Origin: Octopus sinensis
Lineage: Eukaryota
Assembly: GCF_006345805.1 (NCBI RefSeq)
Contig: NW_021827770.1
Span: forward strand, 1 to 9,953
DNA: 9,953 nucleotides
Direction: 5' to 3'
Positions within the stretch are counted from its first letter, which is position 1. Every line of letters starts with the position of its first letter. Below, piece by piece: positions 1 to 8,065 of the stretch. Position numbers and translations under genes: made by a program. The notes below the pieces were generated by a model. The model made no database searches, was not told the origin of the DNA, and worked only from the letters and a program-made list of their open reading frames with translations.

Positions 1-236
1 ATATATATGTATGCGTGTGTGTGTTGTGTATAATATATATATATATATTATATATGCGTGTGTGTGTGTGTATATAATATCTATATATATATATATATAT
101 ATATATATTGGTTGTGTGTGTGTGTGTATATATACATATATATATGTATGCGTGTGTTGTGTGTATATATATATATTATATATATATATATATGCGTGTG
201 TGTGTGTGTATATAAATATATATATATATATATATA
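1..236. repeat. Compound (TA)n/(TG)n microsatellite, itself a degenerate two-unit duplication
   Basis: Almost entirely TA and TG dinucleotides; the block GTATGCGTGTGT...TATATGCGTGTGTGTGTGTGTATATAA occurs twice about 138 bp apart. Confidence 0.9.
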
Positions 237-606
237 GGATCGGCCTGGCTGTCTGGTGCCATGTAGGCTCCGCTGACCACAGTATTTGCTCCATTCCTCT
301 TGTGCTCTCGCAATTCTCTTCCACGTTGCTTGAAACATTTTTCTTAAATCATCTTCGCACCTTATTGGAGGTCTTCCGGGTTGTCTCTTCCACTCGATAA
401 CTGCACGGGTCTACCGATTATCAGTGGACATTGCGACATGACCGGCTCATCGTAGCTTTGCCTGGTGGCATTCTGCGACGATGTCCTTCACTCCAGTTCT
501 TCACTCCAGGATGGAGAGCATTCCACTCGCTGAAGGATGTGCTGAAGGCGAACCTAGTCAATGCACCTCACGCGCCAATCTCTTCAACAGCACAATCTTG
601 CCGGCA

Positions 607-611
<5 letters not shown>
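237..611 (-). mobile_element. Decayed 3' ORF2 fragment of an RTE-clade non-LTR retrotransposon
   Basis: Minus strand from about 495 reads [66 protein letters not shown]. This matches the RTE C-terminal pattern KLRWAGHVAR..DNRWT..V.EW....KR..GRP..RW.DD. Stops at 449-447 and 413-411 replace conserved Trp. The 500-611 part is less certain (RQD...EEI remnant plus an insertion and a 13-bp tandem duplication). Confidence 0.85.
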
Positions 612-641
<30 letters not shown>

Positions 642-821
642 CATATGTATATGTGTGTGTATATATATGTGTATGTATATGTGTGTGTATATATATATAT
701 ATATGTGTGTGTGTATATATATATATATATGTGTGTGTGTGTCTATATGTATATATGTATGTATATGTGTGTATATATATATATATGTGATATATGTGTG
801 TGTATATATATATATATATAA
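612..821. repeat. Compound (TA)n/(TG)n microsatellite
   Basis: Visible directly in the sequence. Confidence 0.95.
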
Positions 822-1269
822 CCATGGAAAATGGTCTAATAAAGGGGCATATAAGCCCTCGACAGAAAAAAGGCTATCTTATGTGCAAATCGAAATATTG
901 CCCGAAAATGACCACAAAATTGTGCCACCCGACCTAGTTTTGGAGGTTATCACTGTAGTAAACGAAAGAGTTGTACCAGAAACATACTTTATTTGGTAGC
1001 CGAAAGGTTACTGAATCTTTTGATACTTCATACGACACAATCGGCAACTCAGTTCTGTTTGTTCTATTAGACCCTTCAACGTGATACTCTACTTACCCCA
1101 CCCAACAAAGCTGCAGCCCGACGACTGTAACATTACTTTGATGTTTAAAACCCGCAAATATTACGTACTTTTTCACACGAAACTTTTGCTTGAATTGGCA
1201 TTGAAAACAGGAGTTGGCACAAAAAGAATTGTAACTGATCTTCCTTGTTTTCTTATTTGGATTATTTTG

Positions 1270-1302
<33 letters not shown>

Positions 1303-1402
1303 ATATATATATACACACACACACACATGCATACGCATATATACCTGTACATATAATATATATACATACGTACATACATATATACACATGTATATACATA
1401 TA

Positions 1403-1434
<32 letters not shown>

Positions 1435-1580
1435 CACACACACACACATATATATTTTGCTATATGTATATATATTTATAGAGAGAGAGAGAGACAGAGA
1501 TAGACATTTATATAATCATATATTGATATAGTATCCATATACATACATGCACATATATATATATAAAATATATATATATA
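1270..1580. repeat. Compound (CT)n, (TA)n, (CA)n, (GA)n microsatellite block
   Basis: Visible directly in the sequence. Confidence 0.9.
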
Positions 1581-1631
1581 TTCTTTTATTTACTTGTTTA
1601 AGTCATATGACTGCAGCCATGCTGGACCACC
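1581..1631 (-). mobile_element. Extreme 3' tail fragment of an Octopus-type tRNA-derived SINE
   Basis: TTTACTTGTTTAAGTCATATGACTGCAGCCATGCTGGACCACC resembles the recalled SINE terminus TTTACTTGTTTCAGTCATTTGACTGCGGCCATGCTGGAGCACC. This is recognition from memory, not a search. Confidence 0.7.
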
Positions 1632-1647
1632 ATATATATATATATAC

Positions 1648-1716
<69 letters not shown>

Positions 1717-1722
1717 ATTAAT
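1632..1722. repeat. (TA)n microsatellite
   Basis: Visible directly in the sequence. Confidence 0.95.
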
Positions 1723-2400
1723 ATTACTACATACACAGAGAGAGTGAGGGAGGCATATACATGTTCACACATATACATGCTGACATCCATCCATCTATTC
1801 GTCCATCCATCTATCTGTCAATGCGTTATTTTTTCATCTGTTTCTTAATAACAGTGATGTCTCTCTTCGCTGACAATTCTATATCAATCACATGACGATA
1901 CGTATTATTTTCTTATTCTCCTAGGCGTTTTTCGATAATTATATTTCATGGAACTGTGTTTGGTTGGAGTAGCCACAGGCAACGTAATTTTTCATACTAC
2001 GGTTGAACACATTCCTGCTATATGTGTTCGTTTGATGTGAAGTGTGTTTTCCAGCAAAACGATTGTCTGTGACCGTGTGTTCTGTATGTATGTGGAAAAG
2101 GTGTACATTTGTGTATGTGTGTGTTTGCGTTTGTATATAAGCATGTGCGTGTGTGTGTATTTGTGTGTGTTTGTATCTTTGTATTCGCGTAAGGACATAT
2201 GTATATATGATTACCCTGCCTTAACGTTTGCTGTTCTCTTTAACAATTATATATCCGCTATATCGGAAATCTGCAATGGCTCCATAACTACTATCTCGGG
2301 TGTAACCTCGGAGCCATAGTAATCCGTTACAGTACTTATCTAGCGTATCTAATCGTTTAGACCACATGTGAACGAAACCCCCATATTTTGTGTGCGTGTA

Positions 2401-2446
2401 GGCGCAGGAGTGGCTGTGTAGTAAGTAGCTTGCTTACCAATCACTT
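2401..2446 (+). mobile_element. Truncated 5' head (A-box region) of a tRNA-derived SINE
   Basis: GGCGCAGGAGTGGCTGTGTAGTAAGTAGCTTGCTTACCAATCAC aligns at 36/44 positions with the reverse complement of the SINE head ending at 6403. It has an A-box-like TGGCTGTGTAGTAA and no B box. Confidence 0.8.
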
Positions 2447-3388
2447 TATAGACCAATCACTTGCTTATCTTTAGTGTGGAAGCTGTTGACAGGAATGCTT
2501 TCAGAAAGCATTCACGAGTACCTTTACAACCCGAATTTATTGCCAGAACAGAAAGATTGCGGAAAGAAGGCTAGAAGAACGCATGATCTATTATACATAG
2601 ACAAAGCGGTTCTAAATGAAGTAAAAGCTAGAAAGAAAAAATCCAACAATAGCATGGATAGATTACTCAAAGCCTATGACATGATCCCATATAAGTGAAT
2701 GTTTGAGTATATTCAGTATAGCAGACAACATAAGCATACAACATTAGCTTCGGCATGAAGAAATGGAAAGTAGATCTCAACTCAGGTGACACACTCTTAG
2801 GAAAGGTTAATATCAAGAGAGGAATTTTCTATGGAGACTCGTTGTCCCCTTTAATATTTGTCTCGTGCTTGATCCTCCTCAGTTTAGTATTAAGGGAGGC
2901 AAAAGCAAAGTATCAGTTCGGAAATAGTAAGGGAAAAATTAACCATTCTCTCTAAATGGATGATCTGAAGCTTTTTTCTTAAGAATGAAAATGAGAAAGA
3001 TTCCTTAATACAAACTGTAAAACTCTTCATCAAAGATAATAGGCATAGACTTTGGCATAGATAAGTGAGCAATATTAGTCATTAGTCATGGAAAGGGGAC
3101 AGGATGTCAACAGCGAATGCATCCAATTACCAGATGGCCACACATTAAAACCATTAAAAGAAGGATAAAGCTATAAGTATCTAGGAGTGTTAGAATCTGA
3201 CAGAGTACTAACTATAGAAATGAAAACGAAAATTGAGAAGGTTAAGGAAGCTAATGAAATCAAAGATAAATAGTTTGAATCTAGTAAAGGCTGTAAATAC
3301 TTGTGCAGTATCATTACTTAGATACTCAGCAGCTTTTGTAAATTAAGCAAAGACTGAATTAGCAAAGCTAGACAGAAGAACTAGGAAG
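2447..3388 (+). pseudogene. Reverse transcriptase pseudogene of an R4/Dong-clade non-LTR retrotransposon
   Basis: Motifs occur in order across frameshifts: YRPITCLSLVWKLLTG, LLYIDKAVLNEVKARKK, AWIDY/KAYDMIP, KRGIFYGDSLSPLIFV, INHSL*MDDLKLFS (catalytic MDD at 2956-2964), DSLIQTV, FGIDK, SYKYLGVLE, NLVKAVNTCAVSLLRYSAAF, LDRRTRK. The W.LL.G/IDK/MDDLK/SYKYLG/DRRTRK set is typical of the R4 clade. There are many stops and frameshifts. Confidence 0.92.
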
Positions 3389-3399
3389 GAATTCAAGTT

Positions 3400-3813
3400 G
3401 GGTTCGTTAGTTTCTATCCAGTCGACTCGGCAGATGTTTGTGCTGAATGTGACTTTGGAGTCCAAGTCGGTGGGGAAAGAGTCGTGGGCAGAATTCGCAC
3501 AGGATGGTCGGTGCTGTTCGAGGATGTTGGAGACGCTCCTTTCTTCAGCGTTTTACCTTCTCGTTCTGTTGTCTGTTCTGCTCGAAGGAGCTGGCTCCAT
3601 TGCTGATGGCAGTCCTCCAGGCTGTCCTATCCATGGTAGTCTGTTCCCATAAGGACTGCTGAATATTAGATTGAGCTGGTCTTTAAAACGGAATTTCGGT
3701 CCTCCTCTGGACCGATTGCAAATTCTCTGTAGAGCATGATCCTCGGGAGACGAGAGGTCTCCATACGCTGGACGTGATCTGCCCAGCGGAAGACGACGGC
3801 GAAGAATGGTGGC
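3400..3813 (-). mobile_element. 3' end of an RTE (BovB-like) LINE ORF2 with C-terminal C2H2 zinc finger, decayed
   Basis: Minus strand, with frameshifts: ATILRRRL/RWADHVQRMETSRLPRIMLYREFAIG/GGPKFRFKDQLN/WEQTTMDRTAWRTAISNGASSFEQNRQQNEKVKR*RKER...CEFCPRLFPHRLGLQSHIQHKH...RN* (stop 3409-3407). The finger is C-x2-C-x3-F-x5-L-x2-H-x4-H at 3499-3434. Confidence 0.9.
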
Positions 3814-3819
3814 TTTGTT

Positions 3820-3950
3820 ACCGTCATCATAATCGGCACCGCCATCGCGGTCATCTTCGCCATTACTGTATACGTCCTTGTCATCGTCGTCATCGTCATC
3901 GTCATCATCGTCGTTGTCATCGTCGTCGTCATCATCGTCGTCGTCTCATC
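3820..3950. repeat. Degenerate (ATC/GTC)n trinucleotide repeat
   Basis: Runs of GTC/ATC, purest at 3868-3945. Confidence 0.85.
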
Positions 3951-4149
3951 GTTGGTGTTGTCTGCTTCGTCCGTTTCAGAAACACTTTGAAGAGTTTCCA
4001 TTCTGACATCAAAATGAATTAGGTACATCTTGAGAAAAAAATAAGGCATGCATAAAAAAGAAAATCTCAGAAGCTTAACAAATTTCGTGTCAGAACGGCG
4101 TAATGTTATTTACTGTCGTTGAGACTTCATGTTCATTGCTGGAATATTC

Positions 4150-4307
4150 TCCCTCTCCATCGCATTCACTCTCTGTTTCTCCCTCCCTCTCTCTCCCACA
4201 CACACATACACACACACTTTCCCTCTATCTAGTTCTACCTTTTTTCACTCCTCGTTTTCCCTCCCTCTACTCCTCTCTCTCCCATTCTACTTTTCCCTCT
4301 GTTTCTT

Positions 4308-4363
<56 letters not shown>

Positions 4364-4867
4364 TTTCCCTCTGTCTATTCTATTCTTTTTCACTCCTCTC
4401 TTTCCCTCTCACTCTACTTCTTTCTCTAACTCTCTTTCTCTATCTATCCTACTCCCTCTCTTCCTCTGCGTCTTTCTATCTGTCTCTGTCTTTCACTCTC
4501 TCCCTCACTTTCAGTCTACCTGCTTCTCTATCTATGCCTCTTCTCTCTCCCTCTCTCTCATTCATTCATTCATTCTCTCTTACACTATCACTCTCTACCT
4601 ATCTTTCTCCCTCTCTCCTTTCTCTGTACCAGTCTCCTCTCCTCCTCTCTCCCTCTCATTCTCCTTCTCTACTTCTCCCTCTCTTTCTCTACTTCTCCCT
4701 CTATTTCTCTACCTCTCACTCTCTCTCCTTTTCTCTCTCACTCTCTGTCTACCTGTTTATGCTTTTGTCTCGTCTCTCTCTTTCTCTCTTACACTCTCAC
4801 TCTCTATCTACCTATCTTTCTTCTTCTCTCCCCCATTCTCTCTTTCTCTCCTTCTCACCTCTTCACC

Positions 4868-4880
<13 letters not shown>
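4150..4880 (+). repeat. About 730-bp polypyrimidine (CT-rich) low-complexity tract with embedded (CT)n/(CA)n
   Basis: The + strand is nearly devoid of G. A degenerate unit, (CA)n ACTTTCCCTCT.TCTA.TTCTA..TTTTTCACTCCTC, recurs at about 4201-4280 and 4350-4430. Confidence 0.9.
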
Positions 4881-4899
<19 letters not shown>

Positions 4900-5212
4900 C
4901 TTTTTGTAGTTCAAGTAATCCATCACTGTCTTCCCGACATGGCTGAGTTTCTTAACCGTTGTGCCAGTTACAAATGGACAAATGGGATTCTCAGACATTC
5001 CTTTACTGCCATGATATTACACTAAATCAATAGCTAAGTCCGCTTAACTCCTTCACGAAAAAATTCCGAGCTTGCGCAACTTTATCGCCATTTCTTATTA
5101 CTATGAAGACAATCGTGTCGTTTTGGCGATGGAAAATGAGGCCTTGTGTATGGACTATCTCTTGGCATGTGTGAGTATAATTATGTATGTATGGATGGAT
5201 GGATGGATTACG

Positions 5213-5765
5213 TACAGGGTGGGTAGAGAGGACGGACGTTTTTGAAAAAATCACAAAATCATTAATTTTTGGTGCAAACAAATTTTATTGACATCAATAT
5301 GTTCGTATTGAATTAGCATTTGTCAAAATCAAGTGTAAAAAAGAACATCCATCATGTGGTGTCTGTTTTCATTGGTGCATTTCTGAAGACGTTCGTGGAA
5401 GTTGGCCCCCGAATCTCTCCACATTGCTCTGTCGATTTGGGCGACTTCCACGCGAATAGCTTTCTTCAAATCTTCCAATGTACGGGGCTTATGCGCATAC
5501 ACACGTGCCTTGAGGTTTCCTCACAAGAAATAATCACACATGGACAAATCAGGGAACCGAGGGGGTCAATGAATGTCAGAAAACCTGGAAATGAGGCGGT
5601 CACTGAAGAGAGGGCGAAGAACGTCCATTGATGCTCTGGCTATGTGGGCCGTCGGCCCATCCTGCTGAAAGCACACACGTCGAATAGGCATATGCTTTCG
5701 TCGTAAGTTGTTTAACATCTAGATGTAACGCTCGGAGTTCACAGCACAGCCATTACTCGAAGAAA
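5213..5765 (-). mobile_element. Tc1/mariner DD41D (rosa/Visitor-type) DNA transposon: C-terminal transposase fragment plus terminal end
   Basis: Minus strand: FFE..NG.AVNSERYI*MLNNLRRKHMPIRRVCFQQDGPTAHIARASMDVLRPLFSDRLISRFSDIH*PPRFPDLSMCDYFL*GNLKARVYAHKPRTLEDLKKAIRVEVAQI...NFHERLQKC...LFYT* (stop 5331-5329). The second and third catalytic Asp codons (5661-5659 and 5535-5533) are separated by exactly 41 residues. The terminus is TA (5213-5214) followed by CAGGGTG, typical of mariner-like ends. Confidence 0.92.
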
Positions 5766-5914
5766 TCGACCCCATGACTTATTCTTTGTACTTTTTCTAT
5801 CGGTCTTTCTTGCCAAAGCGCTAAGTTTCGTGGACATAGACACACCAACATCGGTTATCAAGCGACGACAGGGGACAAAGACAGACAAATAAACACATAA
5901 ACATACATGCATAC
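5757..5914 (-). mobile_element. 3' half (truncated) of an Octopus-type SINE
   Basis: AAATCGACCCCATGACTTATTCTTTGTA...TTCTATCGGTCT...GCTAAGTTTCGTGGACATAGACACACCAACATCGGTTATCAAGCG...GGGGACAAA resembles the recalled SINE body that follows the internal microsatellite. It shares GGGTCGAT with the SINE piece at 9065-9148. Confidence 0.75.
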
Positions 5915-5928
5915 ATATATATATATAT

Positions 5929-6141
5929 AATCAAAATAAGCAACAAATATATCCGAGGTCATGTGGTACAATCGTTTCATGCTACTTCATTTTATTAAAC
6001 ACTGGAGGCATTACATCAGTTTTAAAACGTTGAGCAATCTCGACATTTTAAAACTGATGTAATACTTCGTGTTTATAAAATGAAGTAGCATGAAACGATT
6101 GTACCACATGACCTCGGATATACTTGTTGGTTATTTTGATT
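5929..6141. repeat. 213-bp near-perfect inverted repeat (fold-back element), arms of 106 and 103 bp, 4-nt loop
   Basis: 5929-6034 is the reverse complement of 6039-6141 (loop CAAT, 6035-6038). A 48-bp perfect segment pairs 5948-5995 with 6075-6122. Confidence 0.97.
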
Positions 6142-6230
6142 GTAATCACCCCACGGATTTATATGGATACAAAATTCTGGTGCTTTTGACTTAAGTACCA
6201 TATTCATCTGAATCAAAATTTTACTGAACT

Positions 6231-6232
<2 letters not shown>

Positions 6233-6274
<42 letters not shown>
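6233..6274. repeat. Pure (TA)n microsatellite
   Basis: Visible directly in the sequence. Confidence 0.95.
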
Positions 6275-6275
<1 letters not shown>

Positions 6276-6403
6276 TTCGGGCGGCTTTGCTCGGCCTGAG
6301 GCTTAATAGTAGAAGACACTTGCCCAAGGTGCCACGCAGTGGGACTAAAAGCCGGAACGATGTGGTTGGGAAGCAAACTTCTTACCACAGCCACGCATGC
6401 GCC
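6275..6403 (-). mobile_element. 5' tRNA-derived head of an Octopus-type SINE
   Basis: Minus strand: GGCGCATGCGTGGCTGTGGTAAGAAGTTTGCTTCCCAACCACATCGTTCCGGCTTTTAGTCCCACTGCGTGGCACCTTGGGCAAGTGTCTTCTACTATT. It has an A-box-like TGGCTGTGGTAAG and a degenerate B box (GGCTTTTAGTCCC), and is homologous to 2401-2444 within the window. Confidence 0.85.
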
Positions 6404-6505
6404 GGTATATATATACTAATTTTATATATAAAATTAATATATATATACATACATGAATACATACATATATATATATATGTGCGTGTGTGTGTGTGTATTG
6501 TAATG
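6404..6505. repeat. (TA)n/(TG)n low-complexity tract
   Basis: Visible directly in the sequence. Confidence 0.8.
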
Positions 6506-6699
6506 TAATTATGAAATAGGAGTTTATATTATGAATATAATGCATCAACTTTCTGGCCATAGCCCGTGATTCGCTCATCTAAATTCAAACAATGCTCACT
6601 CTTTAGGCCATTGTCATCGACAATTATTAAGAAAAGGCGGAATTAGATATTTGCAAATGCTAGCTCAGGCATATGCATATTACTCGCGTTATTCATCTT

Positions 6700-6725
6700 T
6701 GTATGTGTGTATTTGTGTGAGTGTG

Positions 6726-6756
<31 letters not shown>

Positions 6757-6930
6757 ATTTGCGTGAGCTTAAAATCGTCATATATGTGTGCATATGCATG
6801 CGTGTAAGGATTGTGTGTGTAAGAGTTGGATGTGTGAATATTGAGATATATATATATATATAAACATATGTATAAATATGTATATACATGTCTGATATAT
6901 ACATATGTATACATCTTCACATATATATTT
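6700..6930. repeat. Degenerate (TG)n/(TA)n microsatellite region
   Basis: Visible directly in the sequence. Confidence 0.8.
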
Positions 6931-7391
6931 TCTCATATTACTAAGCACTGAACTGCTAAACCATATAAATTCCTTCGTGCTTTATTCATACTACTAACCC
7001 CCTCTCTCTGCCCCTACACTTGGACTCTACCCCTACACATTTGTCACCCCTTTACCTGCACCATACCCCCATTCCTTCTATCTTTTTACACTATAATACC
7101 TTTCTCTCTCGTTCACCCTTTTCTCTCCACTTCTACTTTCAAATTATCTCTACTGACCACTAACTTATCTATATCTTCATTTTTCTGTTTTCTTTTCTTT
7201 CTTTCCTTTATTCTTCTCTTTTGGTTTTATATTTTTTATTATTATATTTCTCTTCTTCTTACTTTCTTCTCTCTTATTTTTCTCTCTTTCTTTATTCCTC
7301 TCTTCCTATTTTCGATTTGACCCTACTAATACACTCCTTATTTTTAGGTCACTTTAAATAAAAACCTTTGACTCTACAACACTGTATAAAT

Positions 7392-7539
7392 TCTATACTT
7401 GGAATGACCAATTTTAAATACCGTTGGATCTTACTCATAAGGTATTGGAATCTTACATTGTGTAAGATTTACTCTATACCTGGAATGAACAATTTTAAAT
7501 ACAGTTGAATTTTGCTCATAAGTTATTGGAATCTTACAT
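7392..7539. repeat. Two-copy 67-bp direct repeat (period 81) with a 9-bp hairpin at the junction
   Basis: 7392-7458 and 7473-7539 differ at 7 of 67 positions. AATCTTACA (7449-7457) and TGTAAGATT (7461-7469) are perfect inverted repeats. Confidence 0.92.
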
Positions 7540-7673
7540 ATACCATTCTGCCTAAAAAATGGATCTACAAATTCAATATCCCTACATATCTCACATCTAT
7601 TTTCTTTCCTCCACCTCACTCTCTATTTTGTATCCCATCTAAATTAATTATTACTTAACCATCCTCGCACACC

Positions 7674-7725
7674 GTCTCCGATGATAGGATATAATTAATA
7701 AATATCTTGGAAACAACTGTAAGAC
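7674..7725 (+). ncRNA. Minimal type-I hammerhead ribozyme-like motif (U4C core variant)
   Basis: GTCT (helix I) CCGATGA (core) TAGGATAT-AATTAATAA-ATATCTTG (helix II, 8 bp with two G.U pairs) GAAA C-AACT-G TA (helix III and GUA triplet) AGAC (helix I'). Predicted cleavage is 3' of A7721. Confidence 0.7.
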
Positions 7726-8065
7726 CTTCTATCTATAAATGTTCTATCTACACAGCCTTGGTGTTTTTTTTATCTCATTGCGCAAAAAATTCTTATATAC
7801 ACAGGCTGACATAAGACCGACGCTGAACCCCTTATTCGCAAAATCACCGAACCGAGAACTTAACTATGGTCTGTCTATAGCACTTATTAAGCATTACCTG
7901 ACACCTTTGGGTCTCAGTGACACCATTACCGCTTATAACCTATATATATAGTAGTAACAGAAAAGGAGGAATTTCGATTATCTCCACATGGTGAATCGTA
8001 ATATATATAAGAAATTAAGAAAGGAAAATACGCACACTTTACATAGTTTTAATATAATTTTTAAT

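Larger units (their letters stand above)
6960..7780 (+). mobile_element. Putative Penelope-like element terminal-repeat (pLTR) relic
   Basis: A long pyrimidine-rich stretch leads into a minimal hammerhead motif (7674-7725), followed by a short AT-rich tail. No RT or GIY-YIG coding remnant was seen, so the assignment rests on architecture alone. Confidence 0.35.

Noticed and set aside
518-564. Hammerhead-like words CTGAAGG...GGCGAACCTAGTC inside the RTE fragment
   Set aside because: It needs at least three repairs (A9, A15.1, helix II), and the only helix I candidate (GCATT/AATGC) is 7 nt out of register.
845-865. Minus-strand CTGTCGA followed by the hairpin GGGC-TTATAT-GCCC
   Set aside because: No GAAA follows the stem, so half of the hammerhead core is absent.
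1118-1191. CCGACGA ... GAAAC as a further hammerhead
   Set aside because: The 54-nt intervening region forms no convincing helix II, and there is no GUH/NUH triplet compatible with helices I and III.
11-1848. Many ORFs rich in IY/YI/VC/TH/RE dipeptides (also 6345-6920, 8390-8674, 8732-9199)
   Set aside because: They are translations of dinucleotide or trinucleotide microsatellites and short duplications, which lack stops by composition. No domain signal.
1925-1983. Possible host exon after the strong acceptor TTATTTTCTTATTCTCCTAG, with a possible GTAATT donor at 1984
   Set aside because: One frame is open (RFSIIIFHGTVFGWSSHRQ) but the peptide is unrecognisable and the donor is weak. RNA-seq would be needed.
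3666-4049. 127-aa minus-strand ORF with poly-Thr/Met, and an alternative poly-Asp frame
   Set aside because: It is a simple (GAY)n repeat read through into the RTE fragment. Only the RWADHVQRME segment is meaningful, and it is assigned to the LINE.
4103-5025. 298-aa Ser/Leu-rich ORF
   Set aside because: It is the translation of the CT-rich tract. The short complex C-terminal part matches nothing I recognise.
411-5568. Repeated Trp-to-stop changes (TGG to TGA/TAG/TAA) in three elements as a sign of APOBEC- or RIP-like hypermutation
   Set aside because: Conserved Trp codons are the easiest sites to recognise and any G-to-A change there makes a stop. Ordinary GC-to-AT decay explains the pattern unless an alignment to consensus shows a context bias.
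6340-6403. tRNA gene (also 2401-2446)
   Set aside because: There are only A/B-box-like remnants with no cloverleaf or anticodon arm, and the sequence continues into SINE body, so it is a tRNA-derived SINE head.
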